Source: Vicinamibacterales bacterium
GTDB taxonomy: Bacteria > Acidobacteriota > Vicinamibacteria > Vicinamibacterales > JAMQPK01
Assembly: GCA_963732445.1 (NCBI GenBank)
Contig: CAVSZJ010000008.1
Location: forward strand, 12,095-76,094
Reading direction: 5' to 3'
Length of the DNA: 64,000 nucleotides
In this document: in pieces, positions 41,757-51,359 of the stretch
Position numbering within the stretch: position 1 is the stretch's first letter
Layout: each line of letters starts with the position of its first letter
Translations under genes and position numbers: made by a program
Notes under the pieces: generated by a model
What the model saw: only the letters and a program-made list of their open reading frames with translations
Told to the model about the DNA's origin: nothing
The model's database searches: none

Positions 41757-43859
41757 CTACGACGGCAATCGGAACGCGATCAGCTCGCCGGAGTATCCTG
41801 CGCCGCTGACGGCGACGACCAGATACTGCCGGCCGTTCAGCATGTAGGTCATCGGCGATCCGGTCTGCGGCGCCGGCAGGTAGACGGCGCCGACTTCCTT
41901 GCCTGTCGCCTTGTCGTAGGCGCGCAGCATCGCGCCGCGCGCGCCGGTCGGCGTCGGCCCGAATCCCGCCTCGCCCGAAATCACGAGCGTCTTCGTCGTC
42001 AGCGATCCGACGACGCCGGGCCGGCCGGTGCGCGGAATGTTCAGTCCCTTCAGCGCGGCGTGATTCCGAATCGCGTCCGGCGTCTCGCCGTGCGCGCACC
42101 TGCCAGATCACTTCGCCCTTGCCGAGATCGATCGCGGACAATCTGGCCGTACGGCGGCTTCATGATCGGCAGCCCCTGCACGTTCAGCGCCGGAGCCGCC
42201 ACCACCTCCTTCACCCGCAGGCGCAGCCGCCGCCGCCGCCGGCAGGCGTTCCGGGAGCCACCGCGCGACTGCGCCGCCCGCTGCCGATCCCGTTCCGCCC
42301 GTCGTTCTTGCGCCCGTCAATGCGTTGCCCATGACGTAGGCCAGATCGTTTTTCGACGGATCGCGCGGCGGCACGAGCCCGAGCTGGCTGACCGACTTCT
42401 GCGAGTTCACGTACAGGATGTTCGTTTCCGGATCGTACGAGCCGCCCGGCCAGTTCGTCCCGCCGCCGGCCGCTGCCAGCGACAACGTCGCGAGCGGCCC
42501 CTCGGCTTTGCTGGCGACCGGCGGCGTGAAGATCGGGCCGTATTTGTATCGCGAGATGACCTTCATGCCCTTCGGCGCGAAGCTCGGGCGTGAAGTCGAT
42601 CAGATCGTCGACGACGAATCCCTGGCGAGTCGTAGTTGAACGGCTGGCCGCGCCCGTTCAGCGGAAACGGCTGCGTCGGCGCGTAGTACTCGCCGGGCAC
42701 GTCGCCCTTCGGCACCGGCCGCTCTTCGATCGGCCACAGCGGCTGTCCGGTGACGCGATCGAAGACGTACATGAACGCCTGCTTGCTCGGCTGCGCGACC
42801 GCCTTGATGATTTTTCCGTCTCGCCTGATGTCGACGAGGATCGGCGCGCACGGGATGTCGTGATCCCAGATGCCGTGGTGCACGAGCTGGTAGTGCCACT
42901 TGCGCTTGCCGGTCTGCAGATCGACGGCGACGAGGCTTTCGGCGAACAGATTGTTGCCCGGCCGATCGGCGCCGAAGTAATCGCCCGTGGCGCTCTCGAC
43001 CGGCAGATACGCGATCTGCAGCTCGGCGTCGATGCTGATCTGTCCCCACGCGCCGGTGTTGCCGGTGTACGCCCACGAGTCTTTCAGCCACGTCTCGTTG
43101 CCGAACTCGCCCGGTTGCGGAATCGTGTGGAAAATCCACAGCCGCTTGCCCGTGCGCACGTCGAATCCGCGGATGTACCCCTTCACGTTCGTCTTGCCGG
43201 TCGGCACGCCGCCCGACCGGTGCGCGGCGCCAACGACGACGACGTTGCCGGCGACCGTCGGTGTGGCGTGAAGCCCGATCTCGCCCGACATCGGATCGAT
43301 CTGCTGATCGTTGTTCTGCTTCAGGTCGACGATGCCGTCATCGCCGAAGGTCGGAACGCGCATGCCGGTCTTCGCGTTCAGCGCGACGAGCCGGTAGCCC
43401 GGCGTGACGTAGAGGATCCGTTCCTCTTTGCCGTCGGTCCAGTACGCGAGGCCGCGACCCGACAGCTGGCGCGGCGCAGCGGCGCCGCGCGGCCCTTCGC
43501 GCTCGCTGTGCATCCAGAGCTCTTCGCCCGTTTCGGGATCGAGCGCGACGACGGCACGACGGCTGCCTGCCGTCGAATACAGCACGCCGTTGGCCATCAC
43601 CGGCGTCGACTCGAACATGAACTCGGGCCGCGGGCCGAGATGATCGGTCTTGAAGCGCCACGCGACGGTCGAGCTTGCTGAAATTCGTGGCGTCGATCTG
43701 GTCGAGCGGCGCATATCGCGTGTGTCCGGCGTCGCCGCCATAAGCGCGCCATTCGCCGTTGAGCGCGCCCGTCTGGCCGCGAAGGAGCGCGGCAGAAAAT
43801 GCGATTGTCAGCATCGCAACGAGCGCGGCACACGAACGGTACGGCATCAGTCGAGACAT
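41757..43859 (-). CDS. PQQ-dependent glucose/quinate dehydrogenase-like protein (frameshifts)
   Basis: GEWRAYGGD, YAPLDQI, GRGLAYW, WHYQLVHHGIWD.D, PIEERPVP, PTQP, GSPMTYMLNGRQY. Confidence 0.9.
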
Positions 43860-43907
43860 CTGGCTCCCCCAATCAAGTTTGCGAAGGCATATACATCCGA
43901 ATCCAAC

Positions 43908-44789
43908 TCACGGCGTCGCGATCACATTCAGTTGAACGCCTTCGCGCAACACGCGTACATGCGGCGCGGCCGGCTTCTTTCCTTTGACAACAGGGACGGT
44001 CGCAAACTCTATCTGATAGTTCAACGTTGTCGCGTATGTCTCGTTGATGACGGTCGCAAGCCGCTTCAGGACCTCGAGCAGGCCGTTCGGCGAAATGTTG
44101 GTGTACGCGCCGCCTGTGTCGCGGCCGATGATGAGGCTGACCGGCAGATCGGTCATGGTGCCGCTACGGACGGACTGATCGTTCGTCGACACGAGGAGCC
44201 GGACGGCGTGCAGCGTTCCACCGCGCGTCAGAAAGTGATCTGTGAGGTGCTTGATCTCCTGCGGGTTGATGTTCTGCGTCGACTCGAACCCCTCTGTTGT
44301 CAGTACGACAAAAATCGGCCGGTGGCCGGTGGTCTGCGCGAAGCGATGAAACAGGTCGTCGATGATCCGATGCATTACATTCGAGCCGTTCGTCCCGAAA
44401 ATGCCGTCCACCGACTTCACGAGCAGGTGGCGTTCGAGCGTCGGACGGACGCGTACGTGAGGCGTGCCGGCAACCGTGACGAGCATCATCTCGATCTCGA
44501 GATCGATCGCTTCGATAAAGGTGGTGAGCGCTTTGCGAACGGTGCCGATGGGCTGCCGTATGGCGTCGGTCGAATCGACGACGAAGACAATGCGCACCGG
44601 TCGCCTGCCAAATTTCACCGACGAGATGTCGCGGCGCTCTCCGCCTTCGCTGATGTCGAACTCATCGGCCCGCAGGTCGGTTACGACGCTGCCTGATGCA
44701 GCTGCGACATCGACAGAGACGCGTCGCGTTTCGGTCTGCGCAAGCGCCACCGATGGAAACAGGCATATTGCCGCTATCAGCACGGTCAT
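43908..44789 (-). CDS. Secreted VWA-like domain protein
   Basis: Signal peptide, VTDLRADEFDISEGG, IVFVVDST, DTGG, YQIEF. Confidence 0.75.
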   Translation of the reverse strand: MTVLIAAICLFPSVALAQTETRRVSVDVAAASGSVVTDLRADEFDISEGGERRDISSVKFGRRPVRIVFVVDSTDAIRQPIGTVRKALTTFIEAIDLEIEMMLVTVAGTPHVRVRPTLERHLLVKSVDGIFGTNGSNVMHRIIDDLFHRFAQTTGHRPIFVVLTTEGFESTQNINPQEIKHLTDHFLTRGGTLHAVRLLVSTNDQSVRSGTMTDLPVSLIIGRDTGGAYTNISPNGLLEVLKRLATVINETYATTLNYQIEFATVPVVKGKKPAAPHVRVLREGVQLNVIATP

Positions 44790-44814
44790 GGAGGGCATCA
44801 TTTTGTCCCGGTTC

Positions 44815-44894
44815 GCTGACCACGCCCATGCCGCCGGCACCGAGCAGGCCGACGATTCATACACGCCGAGGCGCGCGCCGGGTGTCAGGCTCAT
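44815..44894 (-). pseudogene. N-terminal stub of a Ser/Thr kinase
   Basis: Restoring one A gives MSLTPGARLGVYEIVGLLGAGGMGVV, homologous to the start of the 51360 kinase. Confidence 0.8.
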
Positions 44895-45103
44895 GACTGT
44901 TGGGAAACGGCGCGATTATATGCGCACGGGCGCGGCGGCGAGAGTGAAAGTTTCAACAACCTGCGTTGGCGGCTCGACCGTGCCTATCGAGGAATCTGCG
45001 ACGCGACAGCGCAAGGCTCAGTGAAGATTCTGCAGGCAGTCTGTGTGCGGCGCCGATTTTCTGCGGAATTTCGCGCGGCACACGACTCGCACGCAGGCGT
45101 AGA

Positions 45104-45466
45104 ATGGGCCTGGTGTATGTAACGGTGCGCGTGAAAGCTTCCAGCCGGTCGCGGCGAGCGTACGAAGCGTCATTCCTCGTCGATACCGGAGCTACCGACT
45201 CGATGGCGCCGGCCTCGGCGCTCGCGGCAGCAGGAATCCGACCGGTTGGGATGCGTCGATATCAGCTCGCCAATGGGAGCTACGTTGTGTATCCGTTCGG
45301 CCTGGCACATATCGAGTTCATGGACGAGCCCACTGCAGGGCGCATCATTTTCGGCCCTGAGGGCAATGAGCCGATTCTTGGCGTCACGCAGCTCGAGTCG
45401 GCGGGGATCACGATCGATCCCGTCAACCAGACGCTCAAGCGACTGCCGGCTATCTCGCTCCGATAG
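45104..45466 (+). CDS. Clan AA (retropepsin-like) aspartic protease
   Basis: FLVDTGATD, LANG, ILGVTQLE...IDP. Confidence 0.88.
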   Translation: MGLVYVTVRVKASSRSRRAYEASFLVDTGATDSMAPASALAAAGIRPVGMRRYQLANGSYVVYPFGLAHIEFMDEPTAGRIIFGPEGNEPILGVTQLESAGITIDPVNQTLKRLPAISLR

Positions 45467-45521
45467 GCCCCACCGTTTACGTTATACTCGTTGGCCTTCC
45501 CCACATACGACGGAGGTGGTC

Positions 45522-45974
45522 ATGTTACCCGACGCCGTCAGTTCCGTTCTTCGCCGCAAGAGCAGCGATCGCAAGGTGCTGACGATCAGCCCCGACGCCT
45601 CCGTGTACGAAGCCATCGCCGTGATGGCTGACAATGCGATAGGTGCGCTTCTCGTGGTTTCGAACGGTGTCCTCGTCGGCATCCTGTCCGAGCGTGACTA
45701 CGCGCGCAAGGTGGTGCTGCAATCGCGGTCTTCGAAAGACACGCGCGTGAGCGACATCATGACCAGTCCCGTCATCGCCGTGTCGCCGGCTCATACGGTC
45801 GAAGAGTGCATGCGGCTGATGACCGACAAGCGCATCCGCCACCTGCCGGTGGTCGAAGGCTCGACCATCGCAGGCATCGTCTCCATCGGCGATCTGGTGC
45901 GCTCCGTTATTACTGTGCAGGGCGAGACGATTCAGTACCTGCAGCAGTACATCAACGGGCAGTATCAGGGTTAG
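45522..45974 (+). CDS. CBS-domain protein
   Basis: IGALLV, GILSERDYARK, IRHLPV, SIGDLV; GGAGG Shine-Dalgarno. Confidence 0.93.
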   Translation: MLPDAVSSVLRRKSSDRKVLTISPDASVYEAIAVMADNAIGALLVVSNGVLVGILSERDYARKVVLQSRSSKDTRVSDIMTSPVIAVSPAHTVEECMRLMTDKRIRHLPVVEGSTIAGIVSIGDLVRSVITVQGETIQYLQQYINGQYQG

Positions 45975-46821
45975 GTGTGGTGGGAGTGGGTTCCGGTTCC
46001 GGCTCCGGTTCCGGTTCTGGTTCCGGTTCCGGTTGCAGTTCTGGTTCCATTTCCAACGGGGACTCTGGAAGCTCCTCAGCATCCGGGGGAGCGAACGTCG
46101 ACGCCTCGGCCGGCGCCGGTCTCGCGACAATCGGGGGCGGCGTGATCTTGCCCATGCGTGCGCGAATGATTCGCTGGCGCGCGCGGAGGCGGGCGTTCGG
46201 CTTGCCAATGTTCAGCACGCGCGGATTGATGATGGCGCCGGCCATCATCGCGGCCTGGTCGGGCGCGACCTCTGACGCAGGAATACCGAAGTAGGTCCGC
46301 GCGGCCGCCTCGGCTCCCCAGATGCCGTCGCCCCATTCGATGTTGTTCAAATAGAGCTCGAAAATGCGCGTTTTGCTGAGCTCGTGCTCGAGCCGGCGCG
46401 TGATCAGCAGCTCGGACAGCTTTCGAAGCGGATTTCGCGACGGGGACAGGTAGAGGTTCTTGGCGAGCTGTTGGGTAATGGTGCTGGCGCCGCGCATCTG
46501 CGTGACACTCTCCCCCGACTCGAGCGCCTTCTTGATTTCCGCGAGGTCGATGCCTTCATGTCCCCAGAAGCCGGCATCCTCAGCGACAAGGACCGCACGC
46601 TTCAGGTGCGGCGAGATGCGGCTGTACGGCACCCACGCGTGCACGCGTTTCGGCTGGCGCCCCTGCGCGCGCGCTTCGCGCGCCCGGAGATCCATGAAAG
46701 CCGTGGAATCGAGATTCTTCGTACGCAGCTCACGCACGTCCGGCAGTGTGAGGTAGAGAAACGCGATGTAGCCGAAGCCGAAGGCCGCAATCGCCGCAAC
46801 GACCCGGCCGAAACGCCGCAT
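45952..46821 (-). CDS. mtgA: Monofunctional peptidoglycan transglycosylase
   Basis: AEDAGFWGHEGID, RGASTITQQLAKNL, RKLSE, ELYLN..EWG; (EP)n tail. Confidence 0.92.
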   Translation of the reverse strand: MRRFGRVVAAIAAFGFGYIAFLYLTLPDVRELRTKNLDSTAFMDLRAREARAQGRQPKRVHAWVPYSRISPHLKRAVLVAEDAGFWGHEGIDLAEIKKALESGESVTQMRGASTITQQLAKNLYLSPSRNPLRKLSELLITRRLEHELSKTRIFELYLNNIEWGDGIWGAEAAARTYFGIPASEVAPDQAAMMAGAIINPRVLNIGKPNARLRARQRIIRARMGKITPPPIVARPAPAEASTFAPPDAEELPESPLEMEPELQPEPEPEPEPEPEPEPTPTTPNPDTAR

Positions 46822-47548
46822 GGCAATGATTATAGATAGTCTTCGGCCGCTCGCATTGAATGGGCTTACGCTGTGCCTGATGATGGCGTGCGTCGGCGGG
46901 GAGACGAACGGGCAGGAAAACTTTGATGCGCTGCGCGAGCGGATGGTCGACACACAGATCCGCCGGCGCAACATCCAGAATGAGGAGGTACTACAGGCGA
47001 TGCGGCGCGTGCCGCGTCATCTTTTCGTTCCCGACGACGTGCGGCCGTTCGCCTACGAGGATCGCCCCCTGCCGATCGGCCGCGGTCAGACAATCTCGCA
47101 GCCGTACATCGTTGCCTACATGACCGAAGCGCTGCGGCTGTCGCCGGCGCTCACCGTGCTCGAGGTTGGAACGGGGTCCGGTTACCAGGCCGCCGTTCTC
47201 GCCGACATCGTCACGCAGGTGTACACCATCGAGATCATTCCAGACCTCGCGGATACCGCGCGGCGCGCGCTGGCACAGGCTGGGTATCGCAATGTCGAGG
47301 TACGGGCGGGCAACGGTTATCTCGGGTGGACCGAGCGCGCCCCCTTCGATCGCATCATCGTCACCGCCGCGCCGCCGGAAATTCCACAGTCCCTCGTCGA
47401 TCAACTGGCAATCGGCGGCATCATGGTCGTGCCGGTCGGCACGACGCATCAGGAGATTGTGGTGGTCACGAAGACCGCGAGCGGCGCCACCGAGCAGCGC
47501 ACGATCGAAGTGCGCTTCGTGCCGATGGTATCGGCGCCTGGAGGTTAA
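46820..47548 (+). CDS. pcm: Protein-L-isoaspartate O-methyltransferase (start uncertain)
   Basis: VPRHLFV, AYED.PLPIG.GQTISQP, VLEVGTGSGYQAA, APFDRIIVTAA, VRFVPM. Confidence 0.95.
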   Translation: MAMIIDSLRPLALNGLTLCLMMACVGGETNGQENFDALRERMVDTQIRRRNIQNEEVLQAMRRVPRHLFVPDDVRPFAYEDRPLPIGRGQTISQPYIVAYMTEALRLSPALTVLEVGTGSGYQAAVLADIVTQVYTIEIIPDLADTARRALAQAGYRNVEVRAGNGYLGWTERAPFDRIIVTAAPPEIPQSLVDQLAIGGIMVVPVGTTHQEIVVVTKTASGATEQRTIEVRFVPMVSAPGG

Positions 47549-47551
47549 TGG

Positions 47552-47908
47552 TTAGTGGTTGGACGGGTTCGCGAAGGTAATTTCGCGCACGCGGGTCGTG
47601 ACAATGGGGCCATCGCCGGTGTGAATCTCCATGCTGAAGCCGACGTAAATACCCAGCAGTTTCAGGAAGCTGCCGGCGAGAGAGGCGCCCGATAGCCGGG
47701 CGCGTGTATGAACCGGAAAGAAATGACCTCCGCGCACCAGAATCTCTCCACTGCGGGGATCCATCACGGTGATTTCATACACAGTATTTTTCGTCTGCAC
47801 CTCGAGCATCTCCAGCGAGTGCAGGCTGTTCAGCTGCACGCCTTCGGACCAGGGCCTTGCGCTCCAGGTCTCGAGGTTGCACGACGCGGGCAGATAGGTC
47901 GTGTTCAC
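47552..47908 (-). CDS. Hypothetical protein
   Basis: Clean 118-aa ORF overlapping the upstream SnoaL stop (GTGA); T.NT.YEI, GG.FFP, GS.LK motifs. Confidence 0.7.
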   Translation of the reverse strand: MNTTYLPASCNLETWSARPWSEGVQLNSLHSLEMLEVQTKNTVYEITVMDPRSGEILVRGGHFFPVHTRARLSGASLAGSFLKLLGIYVGFSMEIHTGDGPIVTTRVREITFANPSNH

Positions 47909-48348
47909 GCAGGCTTGGCTTTCAGCAGCCCAATCTGAATGAGAACACCTGTGAAGTCATAAATGCGCGTCTCTCGAACGATCTTACGCTCGCGGAACTC
48001 ATACACGAATACCGCAGGGGCTTTGAAGCTCTTGCCCGACGGATCGAGCCCCATGAATCCGCCGATGTCCGTGCCCTCGAGCGTGAGCAGCTGCATGACA
48101 TGGTTGCCGTCGATGACGATTTGCTCGGTTTGGTACTTGAGATCGGGAAATGCGTCAAACCAGACGCGGCGGGCCCGATCCACGGCATCAGCCCCTCGCA
48201 GCGTGCCGGCAGCCGGACTGTCGACGACGCAGTCGTCGGCGTAGTCGCGCGACAGCATATCGGCGTCCATGTTGTCGAACCCCTCCTGCCGCCGCTCGAA
48301 CAACGCGGCCATCTCGTCACGAGTGAGCGTTGATTTCACAGTCATCAT
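47905..48348 (-). CDS. SnoaL-like ester cyclase (NTF2 fold)
   Basis: FDAFPDL, GT..GGFMGL.PSGKSF, KIVRE..YD; GGAGGAG Shine-Dalgarno. Confidence 0.85.
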   Translation of the reverse strand: MMTVKSTLTRDEMAALFERRQEGFDNMDADMLSRDYADDCVVDSPAAGTLRGADAVDRARRVWFDAFPDLKYQTEQIVIDGNHVMQLLTLEGTDIGGFMGLDPSGKSFKAPAVFVYEFRERKIVRETRIYDFTGVLIQIGLLKAKPA

Positions 48349-48446
48349 GACTCCTCCGTGTACCGTCTACCGTTTACCGTGAACGCCTATTGCGCCGTTC
48401 CGCTCGTTCGACTAGTATCCGGCTCCTACCTGATAAGGAGTTCCTG

Positions 48447-48790
48447 ATGCAAATCGCCGAACGCTCGGCCGGTAATGTCAAGGTGCTCGACCTGTCCGGC
48501 CAAATCACGCTCGCCAAAGGCGATGACCAGCTGTTCAAGGACAAGGTCAACAGCCTCGTGCACCAAGGCCACAAGAACATTCTCGTCAACCTGGCCAACG
48601 TCACTCACGTCGATAGCGCCGGCCTCGGCGAGCTCGTCGGCGCCTACACCACGGTGACCAAGGCCGGGGGCAGCATGAAGCTCGTCAACCTGACCAAGCG
48701 GCTGCACGATCTGCTGTCCATCACGAAGCTGCTCACCGTGTTCGACACCTTCGACTCCGAACAGGACGCGCTGAAAGCAGTTCACATTAG
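48447..48790 (+). CDS. STAS-domain anti-sigma factor antagonist (frameshift at stop)
   Basis: NLANVTHVDSAGLGELV with the phosphoacceptor Ser; LLSITKL; AAGGAG Shine-Dalgarno. Confidence 0.9.
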
Positions 48791-50430
48791 CCCTTCCGGG
48801 TCGCGTACCGCAAGCACGAGCGCAGTCACGTCGTCGTTCTGGGCTGCGCTCGCCGCAAACGTCCTGACCGTCGCCAGGATGTGCTCGAGCAGCACGCCGG
48901 GCGGGCAATCGCGGTGCTCGATCGACGCACGGCAGCAGCTGCTCTTCACCAAACTCGTCGCCGGCGGCGTTCAGCGCTTCGGTGACGCCGTCGCTGAAGA
49001 CGACGAGCGTGTCGCCCTCTTCGAGCTGAAGCGTCTCCTCCTCGTACGTCGCGTGCGGAAATAGTCCGAGAATCAGCCCGCCCGTCTCGAGGCGCCGCAC
49101 GCCGTTGCGCCCGACGAGGATCGGCGGATTGTGTCCGGCGTTGCTGTACGTCAGACGGCCATCCGGCAGCGAGCACGCCGTACATGACCGTGACGAAACG
49201 CGACTGAATGGCGCGGCGAATCAGCGTGCGATTGATGTGCGCCATGAGCGCGGCCGGCGAATCCATCGACGTCACCTGCGCGGCAAACGCACCCTGGATC
49301 ATCGCCGTCAGCAGCGCCGCGGACGGGCCCTTGCCGGCCACATCGCCGAGCGTGAAGCGCGAAATGTCCGTCCGGCAAGATTGAAATAGTCGAAGAAATC
49401 ACCGCCGATCGCATCGGCACGGAATCGAGGATGCGGCGACATCGAAGTGCGGACCCGACTGCATCGCTTCCGGAAGCAGCGCACGCTGGATTTCGGCGGC
49501 GAGCTGAAGCTCGCGCTCCATCCGCGCCTTCTCCGTCGCCTCTCGATAGAGCCGCGCGCTCTCGATGGCCGACGCGGCTTCGCCCGCAACCGCTTCGAGC
49601 GCGTTGCGCGCGGCGCCCGACATCAGCTGTCCCTTCTCGCGGCTGTCGAGGTAGAGCACGCCGATCGGCCGCTGCTCGGCGTCGCGCGTCGAATGCTCGA
49701 GATATCGGACGACCCGCAGTGGCGTGCACAGAACGTGGCGGATGCCCAGCGCGACGGTGCCGAGATGCTGTCCGGCAAAATCTCCTTCGCGCAGGTCGGC
49801 GACGATCCGCTCGCTGTCCGGTCTCGAAGACCTGCTGCGGAATCTTCTGGCTCGTTGCGAACGACTGGCCCGACAGCGTCACCTTTCCGCGCGCGCGCGC
49901 GATCTTGAACTCGAGCTCCCCTTTCGCGTTCGCGAGCATGATGAAGCCGCGCTCGGCGCCGGTGGCGTCGATCGCCGAGTCCATCACGAGCACGAGCACT
50001 TCCTCGAGCACGCGCGACGAGCCGAGCCCGCGAAGCCGATCGAGCAGCGTCGTCAGCGGCCGGAAGTCGATGACGACCGACGTGTGGCTGACGTGCGTGT
50101 CGCCGGACCTCGTCGGCGAGAAAGATCAGCTCGGCGCTGCCGCTGCGGCCGAGGCGAATCTTGTCGCGATGCCGCAGCGAACGCTCGGTGATCTGTTCGT
50201 CGTTGACGAACGTGCCGCATCGCGATCCGCGATCCTTCAACACGAACCGCCCGTCGTCGAGCCGCACGATCTCGGCGTGCTCGCGCGACACGTCGGTGCC
50301 GATCGACGCGCAGGTCGCTTTCGCTCTTGCGGCCGATGCGGAAGACCGGCTTGTCGATGACGACCACGCGCCGGCCGAGCGGATCGTCGACCTGAAGGCG
50401 CGGACTGTTCGTGGTGATCGTGTCCGACAT
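48787..50430 (-). CDS. FHA-GAF-SpoIIE (PP2C) phosphatase (frameshifts)
   Basis: FRIGR, SREHA, S.CGTFVN (FHA); TGAERGFIM, LYLDS (GAF); IGGDFFD, DVAGKG, FSDGVTEA, DDVT (PP2C). Confidence 0.87.
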
Positions 50431-50432
50431 GG

Positions 50433-50856
50433 TCAGATAGGCTTCGCCTTGAGCACACCGATTTCCAGGAGGAACCCTGTGAAGTCGTAGATGCGTTTTT
50501 CGTGCGCGATCTGGCCGTCCCGCAACGTGCAGATGAGGACGGCGGCAAAGCTGAAGCGCCTGCCCGTCGGCGCCATGCCCATGAAGCCGCCGGTGTTCGT
50601 GCCCGCGAAGGTGACGGTCTGGACGACGCGTTCGCCGTCGACGATGAGCTCGGGATGTCTCGATCGTCAGGTCGGGAAAGCTCGTCACAAACGCGCGGTA
50701 GACGTTCTCGATCGCGGGCCGGCCCGTCACCTTCCCGGCGAGGGGACTTTCGAGCACGCAGTCGTCGGTATGCGCACGCATCAGCGCGTCAACATCGTGC
50801 CGGCGCCAGGCGTCGACGCGGCGATCGAAGAACTGCTGGGTCTGGTCCCGGGTCAT
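50433..50856 (-). CDS. SnoaL-like ester cyclase, paralog of the 47905 gene (frameshift)
   Basis: MTRDQ, DCVLESP.AG, SFPDL, GGFMGMAPTG, YDFTGFLLEIGVLKAKPI. Confidence 0.85.
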
Positions 50857-51016
50857 CGGCTCACCCTCGTCGTTCCGGCGAGTGGCGTCGAGTGGCAGAT
50901 TATATTGCAGATCGTGAGCTCGGGTCGGGAACCGAGGCGCGCCGCAATGCGGGTCTCGCTCAGCAGCGGCGGTAGCCAGCCTTTGGAGCATATAGTGATA
51001 GCCAATGGACGATGGG

Positions 51017-51196
51017 TTAGGGATTCGACCGCAACAGCGCTGTGGCTACACCGGCGCCAACTGTGAGCATCATCCCCAGCAGAGCGAGCATCGTGCTGAA
51101 CGTCCAGCGAAACTGCTTCGACAACTCGGCGCGTAAATCCAGGAATTGCCGGTCGACCGCCTCGAAACGGCGATCGAATTTCTCGCCCCTCACCAT
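51017..51196 (-). CDS. Small coiled-coil plus TM protein (59 aa, absent from the ORF track)
   Basis: MVRGEKFDRRFEAVDRQFLDLRAELSKQFRWTFSTMLALLGMMLTVGAGVATALLRSNP. Confidence 0.65.
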   Translation of the reverse strand: MVRGEKFDRRFEAVDRQFLDLRAELSKQFRWTFSTMLALLGMMLTVGAGVATALLRSNP

Positions 51197-51359
51197 GCTC
51201 GGGGCGCCGTGAGTTCATCGAACGGCGCGGCTCTCTTCGCAGTATACCGTCGTCAGTCAAGCCGCGGGGGCGGGTGGGAGCACGGATCGCGCCCCATCCT
51301 GAAAACCGCGCGCCGCGTAAGGCCACCAGCATATAATCCCCGGCACTCCCGTAACACGA

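Noticed and set aside
45990-46050. (CCGGTT)-like repeat as a separate element
   Set aside because: Adequately explained as the Glu-Pro low-complexity tail of MtgA.
48790-49064. C-terminal extension of the STAS protein
   Set aside because: It is antisense to the PP2C gene and arises from an indel at the STAS stop.
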